Shown here: positions 11,338 through 18,586 of the stretch, in pieces
Layout: each line of letters begins with the position of its first letter
How positions within the stretch are numbered: position 1 is the first letter of the stretch
Assembly: GCA_050945855.1 (NCBI GenBank)
Contig: JBMNTS010000003.1
Span: 8,038-72,037, forward strand
Source: Christensenellales bacterium
GTDB lineage: Bacteria > Bacillota > Clostridia > Christensenellales > DTU072
Length of the DNA stretch: 64,000 nucleotides
Reading direction: 5' to 3'
Position numbers and translations under genes: made by a program
Notes under the pieces: model-generated
The model's input: the letters and a program-made list of their open reading frames with translations, nothing else
Told to the model about the DNA's origin: nothing
Database searches by the model: none

Positions 11338-12879
11338 ATGAGCATATTGGAAGTCAAAGGATTAACGCACAGATTCGATAACAAGCCGCTGTTTAACGAT
11401 GCTTCCTTCAGGGTTAACAACGGAGAGCACATAGGCATCGTGGGACTTAACGGAGCGGGTAAGTCTACTTTTATAAATATCATTTCGGGAAAGCTCCCGC
11501 AAGACGCGGGCGAAGTAAACTGGCTGCCCGGCATACGCTGGAGCTATCTGGACCAGCATGCGGATATAGACCGCTCTCTAAGCGTTATGCAATATTTGCG
11601 CAGCGCTTTCGGCTATCTGTACGATATCGAAAAAGAGCTTCTGTCACTTTATGAGCAAATGAGCGAAACCACGGACGAGGCGGTGCTGGATAAGCTGATA
11701 GGCAAAAGCGCGAGGATGCAGGACAAGCTTATCATCGAGGGCTTTTATGATCTGGACGCGGAAATAAAAAAGGTCGCCGGCGGGCTGGGCCTGGCAAACG
11801 TGGGTTACGATAACAAAATCGGCAGGCTGAGCGGCGGAGAAAGAGCAAAGCTGATGCTAGCCAAAATACTTTTGGAAAAGCCGGATATAATGCTGCTGGA
11901 CGAGCCCACCAATTTTTTGGATATTGAGCATATTGAGTGGCTAAAGGGCTTTTTGAACTCTTTTCCCGGTACTTATATGGTTATCAGCCATGATAACGCC
12001 TTCTTAAACGCCACCTGCAGTTTTATTATCAACATAGAAAACGGACAAATAAGAAAATTCAGCGGCAATTACCGGTCGTTTATGGCGCAAAGAGAGCAGA
12101 TAGCCAAACAATATGAAGAAAGCTACCAGCGCCAGCAACGGGAAATAGCGAAAATGGAGGATTATATCGCGCGCAACAAGGTGAGAGCGGCTACGGCGGG
12201 CATGGCAAACAGCAGAAAGAAACAACTTGAGCGCATGCAGGTCTTGGAAAAGCCCGTCATAATTCACGAAGCGCATTTCCATTTCCCATGCGAGCCCGTA
12301 CATACTTTGGACATGCTGGTGGTAAAGGATCTGGTAATAGGCTATACCAAGCCCATCCTGCCCCCTATAAGTCTGCATATTAAGGGGGATGACAAGCTAT
12401 GGATAAGAGGCACAAACGGAATAGGAAAAAGCACGCTGTTAAAAACGCTGACGCAACGGATACCCCGGATATCCGGCTCTTTTAAATTTCATATCCAGCA
12501 CCGAAAAAATTATCTGGAACAGGACATAGAATTTTATTCCACCGAAATAAACGCTGTTATATATGTTAATGAAACTTTCCCCCGCCTTAACGCCAAACAG
12601 CAAAGAGCAATGCTTGCGGAAGCTGGAATAAAAGGAGAGCTTGCGACCAAGCCCATCAAAAACTTGAGCGGCGGAGAGCAGGTGCGCATTAAGCTGGCGT
12701 GTCTGGGACAAAGGGAAAGCAACATCCTGCTGCTGGACGAGCCCACAAATCACTTAGACATAAAAGCAAAGGAAGCCTTAAAGAACGCGCTGGTCGAATA
12801 CCCCGGAGCGATTGTGCTGGTAAGCCACGAAAAGGAATTCGCCGAAGCCGTCTGCAATAAGGTGTTCGATATTAAGTAA
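11338..12879 (+). CDS. ABC-F family ATPase (two ABC domains, no TM domain)
   Basis: Two Walker A motifs (GLNGAGKST, GTNGIGKST), two LSGGE signatures, charged inter-domain linker (QRQQREIAKMEDYIARNK). Confidence 0.85.
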   Translation: MSILEVKGLTHRFDNKPLFNDASFRVNNGEHIGIVGLNGAGKSTFINIISGKLPQDAGEVNWLPGIRWSYLDQHADIDRSLSVMQYLRSAFGYLYDIEKELLSLYEQMSETTDEAVLDKLIGKSARMQDKLIIEGFYDLDAEIKKVAGGLGLANVGYDNKIGRLSGGERAKLMLAKILLEKPDIMLLDEPTNFLDIEHIEWLKGFLNSFPGTYMVISHDNAFLNATCSFIINIENGQIRKFSGNYRSFMAQREQIAKQYEESYQRQQREIAKMEDYIARNKVRAATAGMANSRKKQLERMQVLEKPVIIHEAHFHFPCEPVHTLDMLVVKDLVIGYTKPILPPISLHIKGDDKLWIRGTNGIGKSTLLKTLTQRIPRISGSFKFHIQHRKNYLEQDIEFYSTEINAVIYVNETFPRLNAKQQRAMLAEAGIKGELATKPIKNLSGGEQVRIKLACLGQRESNILLLDEPTNHLDIKAKEALKNALVEYPGAIVLVSHEKEFAEAVCNKVFDIK

Positions 12880-12936
12880 ATGCTATTTTGGGACACCAAA
12901 TAGCTGATTTAGGCAAACCGTTTATCGCTATTAAGG

Positions 12937-12963
12937 CAACAAATAAGCCCCAACAGGGGCTTA
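12937..12963 (-). terminator. Intrinsic terminator for the rubredoxin-like gene transcript, distal to repeat copy B
   Basis: Minus-sense UAAGCCCC-UGUU-GGGGCUUA followed by UUUGUUG. Confidence 0.55.
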
Positions 12964-13042
12964 AGCCTCGTGTAATGAAATGCATAACAAGAGCCCATAG
13001 CACATACATGCACTGTTATACGCTTTTGTATTCAAAAGAGTT

Positions 13043-13173
13043 AAGAGCGGTGGAGAGCGGTGTGGAAACGGGCAACAGGCAGAGAGGCGGCGACGGGAGT
13101 GTATACAGAAATACATGACCTAGCCGTACTCACTGCACGTAGCCCGTATACGCGCCGCTATGCACCGCTCTTA
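13043..13173 (-). repeat. Stop-codon-proximal GC-rich inverted-repeat element, full-length copy B (3' UTR of the rubredoxin-like gene)
   Basis: Minus-sense head AAGAGCGGTGCATAGCGGCGCGTATAC begins 3 nt after the TAA. Perfect 10-nt terminal inverted repeat (13163-13172 vs 13043-13052; arm duplicated at 13054-13062). TA on both flanks. 34/40 identity of the head with copy A. Confidence 0.75.
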
Positions 13174-13174
13174 T

Positions 13175-13504
13175 TTACCATTTGCCGCGGCTTATATGAG
13201 TAGCAATCTCAGCCTTGCACTTCTGCTTAAGTATCCAAGCGTCTTTTATGGCTTGCTCAAAAAGGGCGACGCAAGGCGGGTCAAGGTTGATTTCTATACC
13301 TTCTTTTGCCAGCTTTTCGATTTTCATTGCCAATCCCATCAGTTTGGTATGGATATCGTTGGTTCTGTCAGAAGCGTACACTTTTTTTGCCTCTTCTTCG
13401 GTAAGAGCAATAAATTTCTCTTTGGGCGCGCCGCATTTGGGGCAGAAATCGGGGGCGGAATCTCCCTCGTGCATATAACCGCATACCGTACATTTGAACA
13501 ACAT
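13175..13504 (-). CDS. Rubredoxin-like zinc-ribbon domain protein (short, reverse-rubrerythrin-like architecture without an obvious diiron motif)
   Basis: MLFKCTVCGYMHEGDSAPDFCPKCGAPKEKF (CxxC..CxxC) followed by about 75 helical residues. GGAG RBS before ATG 13504. The track starts further upstream at 13543. Confidence 0.7.
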   Translation of the reverse strand: MLFKCTVCGYMHEGDSAPDFCPKCGAPKEKFIALTEEEAKKVYASDRTNDIHTKLMGLAMKIEKLAKEGIEINLDPPCVALFEQAIKDAWILKQKCKAEIATHISRGKW

Positions 13505-13553
13505 AATTCTATCTCCTTTTTTGATTTTTCTTTGACGCAGCAAGTTATGCCTG

Positions 13554-13568
13554 CTATAAAAATTATAA
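13554..13568. promoter_or_regulatory. PerR/Fur-type 7-1-7 box candidate
   Basis: CTATAAA-A-ATTATAA matches 13 of 15 positions of TTATAATnATTATAA. Lies 50 nt upstream of the rubredoxin-like gene start. Confidence 0.45.
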
Positions 13569-13629
13569 CAGATTGTTTGAAAATGTCAATGCGTTTGTTA
13601 TACAATAGCATATTCCGCCCTCGTTGTAT

Positions 13630-13642
13630 GTGACTAAGTCAC
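13630..13642. promoter_or_regulatory. Perfect palindrome GTGAC-TAA-GTCAC (CRP/FNR-type, HcpR-like site candidate) upstream of rubredoxin-hcp
   Basis: Read directly. Context is atGTGACTAAGTCACcc, about 20 nt upstream of a TTGACA hexamer (13663-13668). Confidence 0.4.
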
Positions 13643-13723
13643 CCGGGCAAGAAAAGTTTTGATTGACACCCGACCGTTAATATGGTAAGTTAGTATAAAT
13701 AACCTTATCAGGAGGAAAAGAAA

Positions 13724-13882
13724 ATGGACAAATATCAATGTATACCCTGCGGATATATTTACGACCCTGCTATCGGCGACGCCGAAGGAGGGATAGCCCC
13801 GGGCACCGCTTTTGAAGATTTGCCCAACGATTGGGTATGCCCCGTCTGTTACGCGGGCAAAGACGAGTTTGAAAAAATTTAA
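13724..13882 (+). CDS. Rubredoxin
   Basis: Absent from the ORF track (52 aa). My translation: [52 protein letters not shown]. Canonical CxxCG..CPxC rubredoxin. AGGAGG RBS 8 nt upstream. Confidence 0.9.
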   Translation: MDKYQCIPCGYIYDPAIGDAEGGIAPGTAFEDLPNDWVCPVCYAGKDEFEKI

Positions 13883-13898
13883 TACGGGAGATTAATTT

Positions 13899-15527
13899 AT
13901 GGCGATGTTTTGTTACCAATGTCAGGAAACTGCCAGAGGCACGGGCTGTGAAGTAAAAGGAGTATGCGGCAAATCGGAAACGCTGGCCAAGCTGATGGAC
14001 TTGCTGATGTACTCCATCAAGGGATTGTCTTATTTAATAGTCAAAAATAAGATTGACCCGAAAACGATTGCAGAGGTAAACCATATTACCCTCTCCTCAC
14101 TTTTTATGACTATCACCAACGCCAATTTCGACGAAGCGGCCATATGGGCGCAAGTTGAAAAAGTAATCGCCGAAAGGGACAAGCTGGCGGCGGCTTACCC
14201 CGGCAGCGCGGATTGCCGTCCCGCTGATTTCAAGTTGGAGAACATGGATAAAATGCTGGAAATGGCTTCCGGAATAGGCGTTTTGGCTACCCAAAACGAG
14301 GATATACGTTCACTGCGGGAAATTATTATTTATGGTCTGAAGGGAATGGCGGCATACACCGAGCACGCCGCTAATCTGGGCAAAGAGGACTATGATATTT
14401 ACGCTTTTATGTATGAGGCGCTATCTTCCACGCTGGACGATACCCTCCCACAGGACAAGCTTGTGGCGCTGGTGTTAAAGACGGGCGAATACGGCGTAAA
14501 GGCTATGGCGCTGCTGGATTGCGCCAATACCGCAAGATACGGCAACCCCGAAGTCACCAAGGTAAACATCGGAGCAAGGAGCAATCCCGCAATACTGGTT
14601 TCCGGTCACGATCTGGTTGACCTTGAGCAATTACTGGAACAGACGCAAGGGGCGGGCGTGGACGTGTACACGCACGGGGAAATGCTGCCGGCGCATTCCT
14701 ATCCCTATTTTAAAAAGTATCCTCACCTAGTGGGCAACTACGGCAACGCATGGTGGAAACAAATAACCGAATTTGCCACATTCCGCGGCCCTATTCTTTT
14801 TACCACAAACTGTATTGTGCCGCCCAAAAGCGAAGAGATAAGACAAAGGATATACACCACAGGCAGCGCGGGTTATCCCGGATGCGTACATATTATGCCT
14901 GATAAAGAGGGCAAAAAGGACTTCTCGCGAATTATTGAGCATGCAAAAGGGCAGGGCGCGCCCGAAGAGATTGAGCAGGGCGAAATAATCGGCGGTTTTG
15001 CGCACGCTCAGATTACCGCTCTCGCGGATAAGGTTGTGGAAGCGGTAAAGAGCGGAGCGATAAAGAAATTCTTTGTAATGGCGGGCTGTGACGGCAGAAT
15101 GAGATCCAGGGAATACTATACCGAGTTTGCCGCAAAACTGCCCAAAGACACCGTAATCCTTACGGCGGGCTGCGCGAAATACAGATACAACAAGCTGGGG
15201 CTGGGCGATATAGGCGGCATACCGCGGGTGCTGGACGCCGGGCAATGCAATGACAGCTATTCGCTTGCCGTTGTCGCGCTTAAGCTGAAAGAGATTTTCG
15301 GGCTGGACGACATAAACAAGCTGCCCATAGTCTTTAATATAGCCTGGTATGAGCAGAAAGCGGTAATAGTTCTGCTTGCCCTGTTATATCTGGGAGTGAA
15401 AAATATCCACCTCGGACCCACACTGCCCGGATTCTGGTCCGCCAACGTGCTTGCCGTAATTAAAGACGCCTTTAATGTGCAGACAATCTCAACGGCGGAT
15501 GAGGATATCGCAAAGTTCTTGCCCTAA
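13899..15527 (+). CDS. hcp: Hydroxylamine reductase / hybrid-cluster protein
   Basis: [16 protein letters not shown]-terminal cubane cluster motif, 542 aa. Lies 16 nt after rubredoxin. Confidence 0.95.
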   Translation: MAMFCYQCQETARGTGCEVKGVCGKSETLAKLMDLLMYSIKGLSYLIVKNKIDPKTIAEVNHITLSSLFMTITNANFDEAAIWAQVEKVIAERDKLAAAYPGSADCRPADFKLENMDKMLEMASGIGVLATQNEDIRSLREIIIYGLKGMAAYTEHAANLGKEDYDIYAFMYEALSSTLDDTLPQDKLVALVLKTGEYGVKAMALLDCANTARYGNPEVTKVNIGARSNPAILVSGHDLVDLEQLLEQTQGAGVDVYTHGEMLPAHSYPYFKKYPHLVGNYGNAWWKQITEFATFRGPILFTTNCIVPPKSEEIRQRIYTTGSAGYPGCVHIMPDKEGKKDFSRIIEHAKGQGAPEEIEQGEIIGGFAHAQITALADKVVEAVKSGAIKKFFVMAGCDGRMRSREYYTEFAAKLPKDTVILTAGCAKYRYNKLGLGDIGGIPRVLDAGQCNDSYSLAVVALKLKEIFGLDDINKLPIVFNIAWYEQKAVIVLLALLYLGVKNIHLGPTLPGFWSANVLAVIKDAFNVQTISTADEDIAKFLP

Positions 15528-15550
15528 CAGTGTCACTTGTCAAAACAAAT

Positions 15551-15580
15551 AAAAAGACCGCCTTTTCGGGCGGTCTTTAT
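15551..15580. terminator. Bidirectional intrinsic terminator between hcp and pck
   Basis: AGACCGCC-ttttcg-GGCGGTCT flanked by A5 and TTTAT. Confidence 0.8.
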
Positions 15581-15596
15581 CGTTATCGCAGAAGGG

Positions 15597-17381
15597 CTAT
15601 TGCATTTGCTTAATGTTGCGCTTAAGGATTCTGCGCTGCTTATGCAATTCCTCGGGCATTCTGTCAAAGGTCTTGAAGTAGCGGTCTATCTCTCTTGCTT
15701 CTTTTTCCCAAAGCTCTTTTTCTACCTTAAGAATATCCGCAAGCTGCTCGCGTGAAAAATCCAGTCCTTCCAGATTGATGTCCTCGGGTCTGGGAACGTA
15801 GCCGATAGGGGTCTCCACGGCGTCTACCGCGTCCTCGCACCTTTTGATTATCCATTCCAGTACCCTCATATTCTCGCCGAAGCCCGGCCAGATAAACTTT
15901 CCGTTTTCGTCCTGACGGAACCAGTTGACGTTAAACACTTTGGGCATATACTTGGTGTCGCGGCTGCCCATTTTGAGCCAGTGCGCGAAGTAATCGCCCA
16001 TATTGTAGCCGCAGAAAGGCAGCATCGCCATAGGGTCGTGGCGCAGCACGCCCACTTTGCCGGCAGCCGCTGCGGTGGTTTCCGAGGACATTATAGCGCC
16101 CATAAACACGCCGTGCTTCCAGTCGCGCGCCTGATATACCAGCGGAGTGGTCTTTGCCCTTCTTCCGCCAAAGACAATAGCGCTGATGGGCACGCCTTGC
16201 GGTTTTTCCCAGTTCTTGGAAATACAAGGACAGTTTTTGGCGGGAGCGGTAAAACGGGAGTTGGGGTTGGCGCCCACTATCTTTTTGCCGTTTTCGTCTA
16301 CCATGCCCGCGTGCCACTTGTTGCCCTTCCAGTCCAGCGCGTTTGCGGGCGGATTGTTATCCAGGCCTTCCCACCAAACCGTCTTATTGTCAAGGTTAAG
16401 CACTACGTTGGTAAAAATCGTGCCTTCTTTGGTGCTTGCCAGCGCGTTGGGGTTGGATTTTTCGTTGGTGCCGGGAGCTACTCCGAAAAAGCCGTTTTCG
16501 GGGTTGATGGCGTATAGCTTTTTGCCCCTGCCCTTTCTTATCCACGCTATATCGTCGCCCACCGTCCATATCTTGTACCCTTTTTCGGTATACACTTTGG
16601 GAGGGATAAGCATAGCCAGATTGGTTTTGCCGCAAGCGGAGGGGAAGGCCGCCGCGATGTATTTGGTGTCGCCGTCCGGCTTTTCCACGCCTAAAATAAG
16701 CATGTGTTCCGCCATCCAGTTCTCCTGGCGCGCCTGATAGCTCGCTATGCGCAGAGCGTGGCATTTTTTACCCAGCAGAACGTTGCCGCCGTAGCCCGAA
16801 TTGACCGAATAAATAAAGTTTTGCTCGGGGAAATGGCAGATGTATCTGTTTTCCAATTCCAAATTAACCTTGCCGTGAACGCCTCTGGTAAAATCGGCGC
16901 TGTCCCCCAAATGCTCAATAACCTTAGTCCCCACTCTGGTCATAATAAGCATATTTAACACTACGTAAATGCTGTCGGTAAGCTCTATGCCTATCTTGGC
17001 GAATTTGCTGCCCACCTTGCCCATGCTGTAAGGGATAACGTACATGGTACGCCCGCGCATAGCGCCCTCGGAAATCTTATGCAGCATTGCAAAAGTTTCC
17101 TCGGGGTCCTTCCAGTTGTTGGTAGGACCTGCTTCCTCTTTGGATTTGGTGCATATAAATGTGCGGTCTTCCACCCTCGCCACGTCGTTGACGGCCGTTC
17201 TGTGATAAAGACAGCCGGGCAAGAGTTTTTGATTAAGTTTGATTACTTCGCCGGTTTTAACCGCTTCCTTTATCAATTCCTTTTTCTGTTTTTCGCTGCC
17301 GTCTATCCAAACAACTTTGTCAGGCTGGAAGATGCCCTCATATTTGCTAATAAAGTCTAAGACATATTTGTTAGTAGTCAT
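15597..17381 (-). CDS. pck: Phosphoenolpyruvate carboxykinase (GTP)
   Basis: AFPSACGKTNLAML kinase-1a motif, FGVAPGT, about 595 aa. Start set at MTTNKYV with AAGGAG SD. The track starts at 17408. Confidence 0.93.
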   Translation of the reverse strand: MTTNKYVLDFISKYEGIFQPDKVVWIDGSEKQKKELIKEAVKTGEVIKLNQKLLPGCLYHRTAVNDVARVEDRTFICTKSKEEAGPTNNWKDPEETFAMLHKISEGAMRGRTMYVIPYSMGKVGSKFAKIGIELTDSIYVVLNMLIMTRVGTKVIEHLGDSADFTRGVHGKVNLELENRYICHFPEQNFIYSVNSGYGGNVLLGKKCHALRIASYQARQENWMAEHMLILGVEKPDGDTKYIAAAFPSACGKTNLAMLIPPKVYTEKGYKIWTVGDDIAWIRKGRGKKLYAINPENGFFGVAPGTNEKSNPNALASTKEGTIFTNVVLNLDNKTVWWEGLDNNPPANALDWKGNKWHAGMVDENGKKIVGANPNSRFTAPAKNCPCISKNWEKPQGVPISAIVFGGRRAKTTPLVYQARDWKHGVFMGAIMSSETTAAAAGKVGVLRHDPMAMLPFCGYNMGDYFAHWLKMGSRDTKYMPKVFNVNWFRQDENGKFIWPGFGENMRVLEWIIKRCEDAVDAVETPIGYVPRPEDINLEGLDFSREQLADILKVEKELWEKEAREIDRYFKTFDRMPEELHKQRRILKRNIKQMQ

Positions 17382-17425
17382 ACGAGTTCTCCTTAAAAAA
17401 ATTCCCATAATACTATGGTGCCCTT

Positions 17426-17454
17426 ATTCTATCACAATATATTATTATTTGCAA
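17426..17454 (-). promoter_or_regulatory. Promoter TTGCAA-17-TAGAAT (pck)
   Basis: Minus-strand hexamers at 17449-17454 and 17426-17431. Confidence 0.55.
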
Positions 17455-17474
17455 ATAAATGGGTTTTAATTACC

Positions 17475-17508
17475 AAAAAAAAGCAGAAACCGGCTTTACG
17501 GTTTCTGC
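17475..17508 (-). terminator. Strong minus-strand intrinsic terminator upstream of the pck promoter
   Basis: Minus-sense GCAGAAACCG-uaaagc-CGGUUUCUGC followed by U8. Confidence 0.8.
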
Positions 17509-17623
17509 GAAATCAAAACGCTTTTTTAAGCGTTAGGCATATTCGCCCTTGATTGTAGGATGTGCCGTTATCCGAATATTATACATGCCTTTTTGCGCAA
17601 CGCATATTTATTTCCCGGCTAAA

Positions 17624-17645
17624 CAAAAAGCGCCCTTGCGGGCGC
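17624..17645 (-). terminator. Minus-strand intrinsic terminator after the Y1-transposase-like gene
   Basis: Minus-sense GCGCCC-gcaa-GGGCGC followed by UUUUUG. Confidence 0.65.
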
Positions 17646-17675
17646 AAATAGGTGGATTTATAATGTGCAAAGGGC

Positions 17676-18569
17676 TTATAAGCCCATAAAATATTTGGCA
17701 TACTCCTCGGAATAACCCGTCTTTTCCCGAACTTTGGCTATTGTGTCAAGAATAAGCTCGTCGGTGAATCCTTCTATCCCCAGCAGCTCCGCCGCGTCGT
17801 AAAAGGGAAATTTTTCATCCAGCGTCAGATTTAACAGACAGTACAGCAAAACTTCGTTTTTTTCGCCTTCGGGCAACCTGAATTTTTTGTATACTTTGTC
17901 GAAAGGAACTTCCGTGCGCCTTACCGTATTGACGATTATTCCGCTCAGGCTTTCCTTATTAAGAGAGGCGTAAGCGGGATACCTTGCGATGTTTTCGCTC
18001 AATACGTCGCCCAGTCTTTCCCTTACTGCGGACGTATAATCCTTTTTGGGAGTAAATTTAGCGTGCGAATCGTAAAACGCCTGCATGTCAAAAGGCTTGC
18101 CCACAGCGTAGGCGTAAGCGTCCGTCAAAATCGGGGAAGCGTTAAGGTACGCCGGGTAACTGGAATAAGCGTAAGAAGCCATATCCTGTCCCGCGTAATT
18201 GCAGGCGTAATGCAGACTGAGCACGCAATCGGCGATTTTTCCCGCGCTCTTTAAGCGCATGACATTATACGCGGATTGGAAAACCATGCCTACCCGCTCA
18301 AAAGTCTGATTGTAATATTCGCTGAACTCGCCGTTTAAGCACTCCGCGTAGTCAATCAGGGCGGCCCCTATCCCTTCCCTGCTGCCCAAAAGCAGGGAGA
18401 GAGTGTCGGGGGCTATATAATAAGCCACGACATCAATATTAAAGGCGGGGGCGCACTGCATAATCCTGTTAAGCATATAAGCCTTAGCGCGGTCGTCTCC
18501 CATTACTGCGCCGGGAATCCTTGACGATAGGGTAACACAGGCGTAATAGCCTTGAGGCCTTTTGGACAT
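17676..18569 (-). CDS. IS200/Y1-transposase-like domain protein with a DnaA-C-like C-terminal HTH; HUH motif degenerate
   Basis: Collinear with REP-associated/IS200-like Y1 transposases: YYACV..., VVAYYIAPDTLSLLLG (expected HxH is T.S), FERVGMVFQSAYNV (Tyr retained), YAYSSYPAYL. C-terminal third resembles the DnaA domain IV-like helix bundle seen in this fusion family. Confidence 0.55.
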   Translation of the reverse strand: MSKRPQGYYACVTLSSRIPGAVMGDDRAKAYMLNRIMQCAPAFNIDVVAYYIAPDTLSLLLGSREGIGAALIDYAECLNGEFSEYYNQTFERVGMVFQSAYNVMRLKSAGKIADCVLSLHYACNYAGQDMASYAYSSYPAYLNASPILTDAYAYAVGKPFDMQAFYDSHAKFTPKKDYTSAVRERLGDVLSENIARYPAYASLNKESLSGIIVNTVRRTEVPFDKVYKKFRLPEGEKNEVLLYCLLNLTLDEKFPFYDAAELLGIEGFTDELILDTIAKVREKTGYSEEYAKYFMGL

Positions 18570-18586
18570 AACTTTTCCTTCAGGAC

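Noticed and set aside
13100-13160. Resemblance of GCACGTAGCC/CCGTAC in the repeat to group II intron domain V, or to a small self-cleaving ribozyme.
   Set aside because: There is no 14-bp domain V hairpin with the AGC triad and 2-nt bulge, no domain VI and no intron-encoded protein. Hammerhead (CUGANGA...GAAA) and twister/pistol core sequences are also absent.
12888-13633. Track ORFs 12888-13118 (76 aa), 13160-13633 (157 aa), 13215-13478 and 13339-13611 as genes.
   Set aside because: They overlap the repeat element, the terminator or the opposite strand of the rubredoxin-like gene. They lack an RBS and any recognisable motif.
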